Shown here: positions 52,367 to 64,000 of the stretch, piece by piece
How positions within the stretch are numbered: position 1 is the stretch's first letter
Layout of the letters: the number at the start of each line of letters is the position of its first letter
Source: Octopus vulgaris
Lineage: Eukaryota
Direction: 5' to 3'
DNA length: 64,000 nt
Assembly: GCA_951406725.2 (NCBI GenBank)
Contig: CATOCA020000001.1
Location: 6,820,001-6,884,000 of the forward strand
Program-made: the position numbers and the translations under genes
Notes under the pieces: generated by a model
The model's database searches: none
The model's input: only the letters and a program-made list of their open reading frames with translations
What the model was told of the DNA's origin: nothing

Positions 52367-52744
52367 AACTATAGATACAGGTACTTAAAAATACCTTAGG
52401 AATGTGAACTCAGGTTTCAAATTTCCCCAAGACACCTGATGAAGGCTGGAGGGTATAAAAAATAACATCTAGAATCACTTCCCCTGCGTCATATAAAACC
52501 GACGTGAGAGTTTCGAATTGAAATGGGTTCGTTTTTCGCTTGCGAAGGGGACACGAGCATTGGCGCACCAACAGACAGACATACGCATGCAAGCTTCCTG
52601 CTGATACCTTTAACAATTAAACATCAACTAGCTTATAATTTACATTTAATTACACGCCACAACTATATAAAGTAATAACAATATCTAGTACGACCCTTTG
52701 CATTTGATCAGGTTATTATTTTGTTTTAGATATGCGTGTCTGAG

Positions 52745-52776
<32 letters not shown>

Positions 52777-52879
52777 TGTATGTATGTATGTATGTATGTA
52801 TGTATGTATGTATGTATGTATGTATGTACGTACGTACGTACATTTATAAAGGTATATATATATATTTTTTTTTTAAAGA

Positions 52880-53198
52880 CTCCGCCGGTTACGCCGACGA
52901 GGGTCCCAGCTGATAGGATCAACGGAACAGCCTGCTCGTGAAATTAACGTGCAAATGGCTGAGCATTCCACAGACACGTGTACCCTTAACGTAGTTCTCG
53001 GGTAAAAATCAGCGTGACACAGAGAGTGACAAGGCTGACCCTTTGAAATACAAGTACAATTCATTTTTGCCAGCTGAGTGGACTGGAGCAACGTGAAATA
53101 GAGTGTCTTGCTCAAGGACACAACGCGTCGCTGGGAATCGAACTCACAACCTTACGATCGTGAGCCGAATGCCCAAACCAATAAGCCACGCGCCTTCA
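52880..53198 (-). mobile_element. Well-preserved tRNA-derived SINE
   Basis: Head reads gaaggcgcgtggcttattgg (A box)...gagttcgattcccagcg (B box). Confidence 0.88.
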
Positions 53199-53294
53199 CT
53201 TAAAGGTATATATAAAGATAGATAGATATATAGATAGATAAATAGATAGATAGATATATAGATATATAGATACATATATATATATATTTTTTTT

Positions 53295-53702
53295 ACTTGT
53301 TTCAGTCATTCGACTGCGGCCATGCTGGAGCACCAGCTTTAGTCGAGCAAATCGACCCCGGGACTTATTCTTTGTAAGACCAGTACTTATTCTATCGGTC
53401 TCTTTTGCTGAATCGCTAAGTGACGGGGACGTAAACACACCAGCATCGGTTGTGAAACTATGTTGGGCGGACAAACCCAGACACAGAAACATACACACAC
53501 ACATACATACATACATACATACAGACATACATACATATATATATATTCATATATACGACAGGCTTCCTTCTGTTTCCGTGACAAAGCTTTGGTCGGTCCG
53601 TAGGCTATGGTAGAAGACATCTGCCCATGGTGCCACGTAGTGGGATTGAACCCGGAACCATGTGGTTGGTAAGCGAGCTACTTCCCATACAGACACTCCT
53701 GT
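53295..53702 (-). mobile_element. tRNA-derived SINE, second family, with internal (TG)n/(TATG)n
   Basis: Head reads caggagtgtctgtatgggaagtagc...ggttcaatcccactacg (B box); tail reads ctccagcatggccgcagtcgaatgactgaaacaag. Confidence 0.8.
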
Positions 53703-53985
53703 TTGTTAACCTGACAACAAGTTGAAGGTGAGCTCTGACTGGTTGTATGCAAATGAGTTCATTAGTGGGATCCGGAACTCTCGTGGGAGAAAAAAAAATT
53801 CGTGGCTGGGTCAAATGAGACGATGCGACCACCTTGGGTATGGGTGGACTGTGCTCACACACGCACAAACACTCACACATATAGATACATGCAAAGACGC
53901 ACACTCGTAGATATTTATGCTTTAAAAATGTTGACCTTAAAACCGTGACATTCTGAAGAAATTGTAGGAGTGTGTGGGTCAGCCA

Positions 53986-54035
<50 letters not shown>

Positions 54036-54236
54036 CTTCATTTCTGTTTCGCTGAATTTGTGAAAGAGCGACGGGGAACTTGTGGACATCGATGACAATT
54101 TTCGTATATTGCTTCTTCTTTTTTTAAATCTTTTCAGTCATTAAACTGCGGCCATGCTGGGTTACCGCCTTGCAGGATTTTTAGTCGAACCAATTGACCT
54201 CATTAAAGTACATTTTTTCAGCCTGGTAAGTATCCG

Positions 54237-54280
<44 letters not shown>

Positions 54281-55822
54281 GCAGTCTTTAAATCGTAGTC
54301 TTCGTTTCTGCTGGGGGCTCTTTCCATAAAGAAGTTTAGCATATAGCATCTGTTTAGGGATCCTCTGATCATTAATCTAAAGAAAATGTCCAGTCCATCA
54401 TTATACTCTGAGCTTTTATAATTTGACAAATTCAACCTCTCTTCTCTGGGCAACATATTTTCCTTTTGATGCTTTTAAAAATGAAAATTACTTTGACAGT
54501 CATTGACCAGAACAAGATGAAGATCTCAGTCAGTAAAGGAATTTGTCTGGGGTCATCAAAGTTTGAAGTTACTCTTTTTAGTTTTATAAAGTCACTAAAA
54601 GTCTTACGTTTTCTCAATTTATAGAAAACACTTTTATAAATGAGTTTATTGTTACGCATTAAATGTTAAACTAAATTTGCTCCAGCTGGTCTATATAAAC
54701 AGTAACCTATAGCTTTGAACAGCTTTACTATTTTGTTGTGTATTTACATGGCATATAATGTGTGAATAGAATTTCTCCCCCAGTTATCCAAGCAAAAAAT
54801 CAGAAACTTATGTTATCAATTTATTTAGAAGAATTTTGTACAAAGTTTGATACAAAATAATTTTGTTGTGTCTGGGGAGAGTCATTCTCTTTTAGTGCCT
54901 TATTATTTAACACACTCAACGGTAAAATTTCGTTTTGCTTTAATAGTAATTATCAATTTCTGAATAAAGTTTCTTTTTATCTAATTTAAATATCTTGATT
55001 ATTTAATTTGAAAACAATCAGGTTTGTTCACTTCTATCACAAAAGAATCCAATAAAAAGTGGAGAATACTTATGAATCTTCCTTTCCAATTCCACAAAAG
55101 TCTGCTCGGTAGAGCTTCCTGTCACATCTTATAATGTACATAAAGGTCTCATGTGTGTTACTTATTTAATCTTGGTCTCTGCTGTAAGAACTTGAAATCT
55201 AATTTCAAATTAAAATAACAGTGGAGTAATATGAAGGTAAATATTGTAAGGAAGAATTGTACTCTTCCTTTATCTGAAGTTATTCAAAAAGAGGGAGACA
55301 CTGTGGCTTTTCCACAATCACTTGCAATTAAAACAACAAATGTTGTGCCAGGATTTTTCAGCACAGCTATTGTTTAATTATAATTTTTTTGATTTATTTT
55401 CATATGTATAATAGTGAAGTTTTATTTTTACTGACGAAAATTTCAGTAATTAGTAAATAACGAAGGTCATAAAGTAAGAATATAAAATTAAAATATTGTA
55501 TATTGCACTCAAAACCCCTGAATTTTTATTCAACCACCACCACTTTGGAGAGGCCTGTCTTAAACCACAACAGGACAAAGTGAGATATATCCTTAGATAC
55601 ATCATGTATTATATAGAAATACTATCTCTATAGGATATATAAAGGGAAAAGGCATCAATATATATATATACCAGGCATTCTACTCTCAGCTAAAAATGAA
55701 GGTAGATAACTATCAATATAGCAGAAGATATTAAAGCTGTCTATATAACAATGGGGTTGCTTAGGGGGGGGTTAGATATACAACAACAGCAACAACAATA
55801 AATGAACATTTCAAAGTTTGTC

Positions 55823-55828
55823 TTTATT
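55823..55828 (-). promoter_or_regulatory. Candidate poly(A) signal of the death-domain gene
   Basis: AATAAA on the minus strand about 245 nt after the stop, followed about 25 nt later by a GU-rich tract (ttgttgttgctgttgttg). Confidence 0.5.
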
Positions 55829-56070
55829 TTAAATGTGAATTTTTAACAAAGGAGCCAAACCAGTGAAGGGATCACTATGTGGCTGATATACCTGCTAGAA
55901 TTAGTAGCTAAATTCACACGATATCACTGTACAGAAGGGCATATTGGACAATGTGGTTGTGGGTTCTCTTTGGAAATAGGCATGATGGTCCTGACTGGAA
56001 TGCGTTTGATCATAAGTCTCTGTTTGGTCAAGGTTAATCTGAGGCTAAACAACAACAGTTACACAGAAAT

Positions 56071-56270
56071 TCACTTTGCGTCTAATGACAGACATTCCAT
56101 CGCAGCGAAACATTCAGCTTCTTCAAGAGCTGCACTTAATGTTGCGTGTGTCCGTGTTTCTGGGTCGCAATTTTTGAACCATTCCTTAAGCATCAGGTAG
56201 CCTTCTTTTACAGTGTCAATAGACTCATCATCAATTTTCAGTTCAGTTGTATCAACTTCTAAAAAAATCG
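56071..56270 (-). CDS. Terminal exon of a death-domain protein (C-terminal helices and stop)
   Basis: Acceptor tcttttgcag|cg, phase 1. Reads (A)IFLEVDTTELKIDDESIDTVKEGYLMLKEWFKNCDPETRTHATLSAALEEAECFAAMECLSLDAK*, matching the ML..W......T...L..AL death-fold pattern. Confidence 0.88.
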
Positions 56271-57812
56271 CTGCAAAAGACACAACAATAAGAAATAAAT
56301 GTAACAACATTGACAATAACATAAAACGCTGTGTACTGTAGGTTGTTATGAATATAACAAACAAACTTTATCAATAGAGAAGTAAAAAAAGAAATAGCTA
56401 AGAAACATGAAAAATATAAGACATTGTTTTCTATTGACAAAAATAACAAAGAGTTTGAATTAAACGAGATTTTTAAAGAAAATTAATTGAAAATTATACT
56501 TGAGAAAATATATGGTAAACGAGGGCAGGAAAACTTTTGTGAAGGCAAAAGTATATCAGAACCTCAAGAATTAACATTGACCTCCAACAGTGAAAGCATA
56601 TGATCCATCCATTTCCTCTGCTCAATATTCTTGAAAGGGCTGTGGGGAAAGAGTCCTCAGGCACCTCCTCCATAGGGTCCTATCAGAAGCATCCATCATT
56701 AGACATTCTGCTTGTATTCTATGATGTGAAGAACTAAGACTATGGATATCATCCAACCATTTCTTTCTTGGCCTCCCCCTCGGTATCCTGTTCCATTGGT
56801 TTGACTTTGAGAACCTGTCCTGTAATTCATTGCTGCAACACCCTGATCACATGTCCAAGGTACCACAGATGTGGAGGAGACGTGGCTCAACCTGGAGAGA
56901 CTCCCAGATCTCTGAACTGTAAATCCTATTGAGTAACGTTACTCCAAAGACCCTTTAGAAGAACCCCATACATCTGTCATATTCTGTTAGATTTCAGAAC
57001 TGGTATTCAAAGGGTCATGAAAGTACTGTCCCTCTGTGTCATCTACTACCTTGCAAAGTTCCCAAGAGGACACTGGAAATCGAATGATCAGTGATTGTCC
57101 AACAGTCGATAATTCTAAGTCAAACTCAATCCCATTTCAAACTTCTCCAATGAACTCCAGGTTCGATCAATTCTACAGAGCCTATTCAGTTATTATTATG
57201 TCAGTCTCAATGAGAGATGCCCCCTGCAGTTCGGCTTGACTTGTGAATGTTCATTTTCTGGTAAATTCCCTTAAAGGAATTCTCTGTTTTCGCCTGAGGA
57301 GAATGATAGGATTTCGCTGTGTCACCTTTATTAAATCTCTTTTTATTGAAGCATTTACAGACAATATGTCATGTGGTAAAGTCATTGCAAAATGGCAAAA
57401 TAAATTGGAATTATCAGCTTCCAACACAATAACCCAATAAATAATCTGTTTGAAGAAAGATGCTTTGTTTTAGATGTTAACTTTGGTACTTGTCCTTCAT
57501 TACAATAACCTAACAGTGAACCTAAAGAAAATGTGAAACAAATTCACTCACCTGTTTACCCTTAAACAATATATTTTAGTTCCCTCTTCCAAAAGATAAT
57601 ATTAAACGCCATTTGTGTTTTCTAGTTTATCCATTATGACCAACCATGCTAACCTCAGTGGATATTTTATGAAATATCAGGAATATCGTAAATAAAATTG
57701 TCATACAGGTAACCTATCAATTGGAAATGATGAATGTAACTTGTTCTCATTCATTCTGACAAATAAAATAGATGAGGTGAAAGTAAAATATATAGAAATC
57801 AAATATACTCAC

Positions 57813-57884
57813 CTATTTGCCACCAATCACGTCCTAACCTGTTAGCCACTCTCAGAAGATCCCTCTCCTTCAGAACTGGACTCT
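57813..57884 (-). CDS. Penultimate exon of the death-domain protein (N-terminal helices)
   Basis: 72 nt, phase 1-1. Acceptor atttcag|ag; donor ag|gtgagt. Reads SPVLKERDLLRVANRLGRDWWQI and joins in frame to give L..VA..LG.DW..IA.FL, the death-domain N-terminal signature. Confidence 0.9.
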
Positions 57885-58659
57885 CTGAAATAAATATTTC
57901 CAGCTTTTATAATTTATTGTAAAACTTATTTATCTCTATAAATATTCTGTAGTTTATTGTTGTGGGACATTGTTATCATCAGTGGTTGGCTGGTGACCAC
58001 TAGGGTTTTGCTCAGTATTTTTATACTTTCCATTGTGGGACCAGGTAATAGCTCAATATTTAGGCCCGCAACAAAATAGACTAACTTTCCGAAACCTTGT
58101 TTCTCTTTAACAGAGACATCCTACATAATCTAACAACGTTGCAATTATTTCATTCAATTATCATTTCATAGTTCTCTCTCTCCTTTCATATATCTGTACC
58201 AAATCTATGACATGTGACTGTCCTCTGAACTCTACACTTCACTAACCACCATTCTCCTCATCTTCTGCTAAAGTCCAATATCATCCAATGTGGTCTCCAA
58301 AGATCTCGTCACAAATGCATGACACACCACTTCAAGTAAAATAAACGTAATACCTGTTCTCTTTGCTGTTGGAAATCTTGAATTTTATCATCCCACATCC
58401 CAGTTCACCTGGTCATTATCTGGTGCAGGGAATATTTTAAGACTCCTTAATAAAGGTGAGTAATGATCAGTTCTCCAAAGATGACACAAAAAGTGATATC
58501 AGGTGTCCTAAAACAATGTACACTTGCACAAAACCCCATTCACTACATAGAACTGGACATCTACACATTATTGCAGGGAAGACATCTGAAATGGTACAAA
58601 AGGACTGATACTCAAAAATATATAAGAAAGACGGGAATACAAAGTGAGAGCTCCAAATC

Positions 58660-59900
58660 TTTTATTTTCCAGAATGTTTGGCATATTTATTTCTTTTAAC
58701 CCATCTTCGTTCTGTGACTTGATCTCAATGCCTTTACTCTTATTGCAAAATTAGGTAGTGTACCATCGTCGTAATAGCTTTTCAAGTTTCCCTTTAAACT
58801 TCATCAGGGTTTCTCCTGCTATTTTGACCTTCACTTGTTTCTGTTGACCTTTCACAAATGACGGGCTGCATTACTCATTTGCATTGAAGCACATTCTTCA
58901 CCAAGTTCCTCAGTCTACCCAGTTAATCCAGAACTATTTGCATATCCTTTTATTTGTTGTTACTATTGTTATGTAATCCATTAATGTCTTCACGAGTGTT
59001 TTCCTTTGAGCCATTCCTTATCAATCTGCTGATTTAAGTAACATCTCCATAACAATCACAAACCAAATGACTGATATTGTAGAAACTACAGCAATTCCCG
59101 TTTCAAAATGATACCAGTCTATCGAGAAAGTTTTCCTCAAGAACTGCATATTGAAATTGTTATAGCAGCTCCTCATCAGATCCTTAATCTTTTCTCATAT
59201 ATAAAACAGGTCCACTGCTTCCCATCAACAATTTGTTTGCTAGAGAACCATAAACCAGATCAAATCACACAACATTCAATCCCTTTTAATCTTCTTTCCG
59301 TCTTGTATCACATCCTAGATTTAAGACACATGTTCCACACAGCCAGGAATGCCAGAGGATTCCAGTCTTCGAGATACTTTTAGTTCCATATTCATTATTC
59401 TGTAGATTTACAGTTGATCTCTTTGTGAATACAACCTTGTAAATCTCGCCATCAATATTCAAGGTTGAAATTAGTCTGAACTAATCAATCGGTATTTGAT
59501 TGCTGGTTTCAATGGACATTTCAAACTGTCTATGAATGGGAATCATTGCTTTTGCTTTGGATCTCCTGCATATATCCATCCAGTTCATCTTTATTGTATT
59601 TTAGCTTTCTGTTCTCAGTATCTGCAAACAGAATTTCCTTGTAGAAGTTAAAGAGGAGTGTTTTATTCTGTTGACGACATGATCAATTTTCTAGGGCTTT
59701 TGGAGCAAAATTGTGCCCAAGGCCCTTTTTAAAGTGGTTAATGTTAGGAAAGGCACATCACCATAGAAAAGCCGGAATGTGTTCCTCATCCAATCAAGGC
59801 GGACAGTATTTGTTAATAAGAACTGACATGGATAGGAATCATCCATCCAATCGATAGGAGCATAGACATCAGATGATAAATGATGAGGGTCATCAGTGTC
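58660..59900 (-). mobile_element. Highly degenerate Hero/R2-like non-LTR retrotransposon RT fragment
   Basis: Remnants FRLISTLNIDGEIY, GIPGCVEH and WYHFETGIAVVSTISVIWFVIVMEML resemble Hero-type RT motifs. Confidence 0.55.
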
Positions 59901-59913
59901 TATCTTGGAGAGA

Positions 59914-59960
<47 letters not shown>

Positions 59961-60423
59961 GTTGTCTCAACATCAAACCTAATACTTTTACATGATGGAT
60001 AAAGACAATGTTTAGGGGATGTAATGATAAATTTATTATCAGTGAAAGAAAAAGGCAGGGTGTTCACATGCGGAACACATTTCATTGTAAATCTGTCACA
60101 TTATGAGAGATATTTGCCTAAATAACAACAACAGCAATAACCTATCAGTAAACTTAGTAACTACATATTTTAGTCCTCCGTTTCAAAATACAGTATTAAT
60201 TCTATTGTCTTCTAAATTATCCATTTTCCGAACCATGCCAACCCCGTTGACTATTTTGTGAAATTCCATTGATATCAGAATGTCTAATAGAATTATTATA
60301 CAGCTAACATTTCAGATGTAAATTAGGAATGGATCTTGTCCTCAGTCATTCTGATAAACTACAAATGCTCAGGTGAAGGTTAAATTTATAGAAATCCATG
60401 AGGTACTGTTATTTGCTTCTCAC

Positions 60424-60471
60424 AAACTGGCTGTGATGTTGTCAAGGCATCCTTCACAGAAGTTGGAGTCT
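60424..60471 (-). pseudogene. Paralogous exon copy with mutated acceptor (pseudo-exon)
   Basis: Both intron flanks are homologous to those of 57813-57884 and 63724-63801. It is a 48-nt open phase 1-1 frame (TPTSVKDALTTSQPV) with donor gtgaga, but the acceptor reads atttcaa instead of atttcag. Confidence 0.6.
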
Positions 60472-60759
60472 TTGAAATGAATATTTTCAAGTTTTACGTT
60501 TTATAGTATAATTTCATTATAGTTATTGATAATCAACACTTTATTATTGTGGGAAGGGCATACAGCTGTAAAAACCATTTCGTAGGGATGTGGTTGTGTG
60601 CCCATGTAAAAGTTATGTTTACTTTGAGGGTAACAAGGTGTTAAATATCAGATGAGGGTACAAGATAATGCTATGAAACTTCCAGACAGACAAGTTTAAG
60701 AGAGTTAATGAATGATAGCTGATTAATTATCATGTTAATGCGGCGTTTAAACACTAACT

Positions 60760-62615
60760 ATCAATATAGATTGTATAAAATCTGTGTGAAGAACATGTGA
60801 CATTTGTTACAATGAATATGGTTGTGTCTCAGCACAGTTGATATTATGGTAGTTCCATGAGAAACCATAGAAAAATGTAACCATTTCCAGTACCGAATAC
60901 TAATGATGAATTCTTTTCTTGGTCAAATAACAATGACCAGGTTCCATGATCTAATTTCAACATAACAATCAAGTCGGAAGTAACACCAAAATGTGAAAGA
61001 CGGAAAACAGTGACTCTCTTACAATTGAAACCATCTCAAAGCCAACAATTGTCAGTATAACGATGTCTATATATGGACAGTAGACGTTATTCAAACATCG
61101 TAACAAGCGATAATTATATATATATATAGTTAGAAAAGAGTTGTGAGTTCAAGTCACACAGGAATCTCTTACGTTCATTCCTTTCTATGTATTGCATATG
61201 TTAGCATCAATGTTTTGTTCAAATGTGAACATATGTTCTCTGTTCAATATGAATGTTATCAAAATCACTGAACCGGTTTTCACAATCGATATTATTATAC
61301 TGAGCTAATATGTTATACCAGACAGGAAACTACTGTAACAATCTAAGACAAAGAATTATGATGAGTTACTGGAAGACAGCATCATCATCATCATCATCAA
61401 CATTCAAAGTTTGTTTTCCATGCTGGAATGGGTTGGAAATCTTGACAGGATCTGACAAGCCAGACAACTGCACCAGGCCCCAGATGGTTTCTTTGGCATG
61501 GTTTTCTATGGTAGGATGCTCTTATTGATGCCAACCACCTCACAGAGTGTACGTGGCCCCTTTGTGTAAAGCACAAGTACTGGCATATTTAGCCAAAAGA
61601 CATGTAAGACAAAGACCCCACAGCCGGGAGAGGGGGTATCGCACATTTCTCTCCCCGCATCCTGATTCTTTTGTCATCACATTCCCTTCTCACCTCCTGA
61701 AAATGTCATCAGCTTCAGTGAACCAAAACATCATAGAGTAGTGAGGACCGTCTAATTATATAGAATGTAACACAACTTGATTACTAATTGTGCTATAATT
61801 AAATGCTCCCAGAACACACTAGGAAGTGGTTGGTGGAAACTAGGAAAGATGACACCACAAGTTTGAAAGGAACGTTTGATATTGTTGGGAAATTGATGAT
61901 CATTTCTAATGCTTGTGCGACAATAAAATATACCCAGGACCCTTTATAAAGTGGTTGGGGTTAGAAAGGGTCTACCACCTGAGAAAAGCTGCAATGTTTT
62001 CCTCAACAAATGACGGTTGGCAGTAATTTCAGATACAACTGACTTGGACAGTGATGACCCACCTAGTGTATGGGAGCATGGAGAGCAGATGAGAAAGGAT
62101 GAGGATGATATCATTTATTGTATTGAAACTTTTAACCAGCATCTTTCTTGAAAAGACGGAGAGAAAGAGCATGAGTGAGAGAGAGAGAATGAATGAGTAC
62201 AATGAGATGACAAACAGGGCGAATATTCTCCTTAACGGGAGAGAACCGTTTCAGGGTTTATATTTAATTTTTGTATCTTTCTTTCTGCGAGTGAATGAGT
62301 AACTGATGTTTGCATAAAGTACATTTATTGGATATTCGTGTTGTTGTAGAAGAACAGAATTTCTTTATAGCTAAGCATTCAAATGAAATCTAGCATTGGA
62401 ACCTGTTCTCGGTCATTATTAGATATCAATATAGATTGTATATAATCTGAGTAAAGAACATATAACCTTCATTACAATGAATATGATTGTGTCTCAGCAC
62501 AGCTAATATTATGGTAGTCCCAATGAGCAAACGAAGAAAGATATAACCAAGTCCACTGCCAAATACTAATGATTAATTCATTTCCTGGTCAAATAACAAT
62601 GACTAACTTCCATTA
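60760..62615. repeat. About 190-bp direct repeat pair (60760-60950 and 62425-62615)
   Basis: tcaatatagattgtata...tgtgtctcagcacag...ggtcaaataacaatgac is present twice. Confidence 0.85.
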
Positions 62616-62634
62616 AATAATTTGAACACAACGA

Positions 62635-63467
62635 TGTCAGTGTGCACACAAGGCAGAGTGAAGAGGCCTGAGAGAAGTGTTAGACATAAGAAGCATCAGA
62701 TGTGGTGTACAAGAGAGACAACTGCACTGGTATGGTTATGGGTATGGATGAGGAGAATTGTGGGAAGAAGTGTTACACCCTAACAGTGGAAGGAACCCGT
62801 GGAAAGGGGTGACCCAGGAAGACAGGGGATGACGTGGTGAAACGACCTTCGAACGTTGGGCCTCACAGAGGTAATAGCAAGAGACAGAGACCTCTGGAAA
62901 TATGATGTGATTAAGAGGACCCGGCAATTGAAGTGAGATCACAGCTATAGCCTATACCAGTGGTGCATAACCAGCTCCTTTTAAAAGTACCCTTGAATCA
63001 CAGAGTGATAAGTTGCGCTTGAGAAGAATTTCTGAGTCAAGTAAAACCAAAAACCAGAAATCACAAATCAAAATCAAATCAAGATCGAAATCAAAATGGA
63101 AATTGTAATTACGGCCGATGCCAGTGCCGCCTGGCTGGCACCCGTTCCGGTGGCACATAATAAGTACCATTCAAACATTGTTTGTTGCCAGTGCCGCCTG
63201 ACTGGTTCCCTGTGCCGTTGGCACATAAAAACTACCTTCCGAACGTGGTTAATGCCAGCCCCAACTTCAACTGGCTCCTGTGTCGGTGGCACGTAAAAAG
63301 CACCCACCACACTCTCGGAGTGGTTGGCGTTAGGAATGGCATACATATGTGGAAACCTTGCCAGATCACATTGCAGCCTGACGCAGCCTACTGCCTTGCC
63401 AGTGAAATCGTCCGACCCATGCCACCATAAGAAACGGATGTTAAATGATGATGGTGATGATGAAGAT
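62635..63467 (+). mobile_element. RTE LINE 3' end with (GAT)n tail
   Basis: VQERQLHWYG remnant, and a 3' UTR matching the reverse complement of 24436-24950. Confidence 0.85.
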
Positions 63468-63723
63468 GATGCGTTCTGTGACCAAATGACAAAATTAACT
63501 CTATTGTGTCTTCTAATTTGAACATTATTACCAACAGCATTAACCTCAATGGGTATTTCATAAACTCACAGTAAATCGATATCTTTAATTCAATTATTAT
63601 AGAGATAATTGTTCAATTGGAAAATAGGAATGGAAGCTGTTTTCAGTTATTCTTTCAAGCAGAATATGCTCGGGGGAAGAAAACCTTACAGAAATCAATT
63701 GGGAACTATTATTTTATACTCAC

Positions 63724-63801
63724 CAATTGCCTGAGATGCAGCCCCTAATTCCTGACATGTAGCCTCTTTTTTTACACACCTGTCTTCAGACTTTGGAGCC
63801 C
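63724..63801 (-). CDS. Upstream small exon of the death-domain gene (paralogue of 57813-57884)
   Basis: 78 nt, phase 1-1, open. Acceptor atttcag|gg; donor tg|gtgagt. Reads APKSEDRCVKKEATCQELGAASQAI; flanks are homologous to the 57.8-kb exon. Confidence 0.7.
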
Positions 63802-64000
63802 CTGAAATAAATATTTCCAAGTTTTACATTTAAAAAGAAACTTTCTTTATCTTTATTTTTATTAAACTCTATCTTGTTATTGTGAGACATTCAATTTCTG
63901 TCGTTAATGGTCAAATGTTGACCACTATGGTTTTGGTCAATATTTCTGTACTTTCTACAGTGGTCCCATGTAATAGCCCAATATGTCCACCATAAAAGAG

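Noticed and set aside
52149-52388. Plus-strand ORF starting like a signal peptide (MIFLVNFLDFLLLLSAIHTGAQ)
   Set aside because: It is the antisense of a Helitron helicase remnant, runs into microsatellites, and is on the wrong strand for the Ig gene.
53125-53198. tRNA-like sequence with A and B boxes
   Set aside because: Head of a multi-copy SINE continuing into the SINE body; no convincing acceptor stem.
55231-55377. Short plus-strand ORF MKVNIVRKNCTLPLSEVIQKEGDTVAFPQ
   Set aside because: 48 aa, with no recognisable domain and no supporting splice structure.
57552-57560. Possible 9-nt microexon (tttaag|GGTAAACAG|gtgagt) between the two death-domain exons
   Set aside because: In phase 1 it introduces TAA immediately and would split the domain. 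At most a poison exon, with no support from sequence alone.

Overview
AT-rich, repeat-dense eukaryotic genomic DNA. The RTE LINE tails ending in (GAT)n and the tRNA-derived SINE families look to me like those of octopus (coleoid cephalopod) genomes; this is recognition, not a search result. There are no prokaryotic-type features, and almost all ORFs in the supplied track are transposon debris or microsatellite artefacts. Two spliced host genes can be rebuilt by hand, both on the minus strand. (1) The 3' end of a death-domain protein gene, with exons 63801-63724, 57884-57813 and 56270-56071 and a likely poly(A) signal at 55828-55823. Its small phase-1 exons are tandem paralogues duplicated together with their intron flanks, and one copy at about 60.4 kb has a broken acceptor. 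(2) Downstream of it, a multi-Ig-domain, heavily N-glycosylated cell-surface or secreted protein gene with one Ig domain per phase-1 exon (34446-34192, 30362-30111, 8942-8694, 3423-3172, the last with a GC donor). Its 5' and 3' ends are not resolved here. Introns hold mariner, Chapaev3-like, Helitron, RTE, R4/Dong, Hero-like, Penelope-like and Gypsy remnants, SINEs, and an old foldback-like inverted repeat broken up by nested insertions. The best candidates for something undescribed are a possible tandem family of Ig + death-domain receptors and an array of duplicated, alternatively spliceable death-domain N-terminal exons. Both are hypotheses that need transcript data. Exon boundaries were read to the base; most repeat boundaries are approximate.
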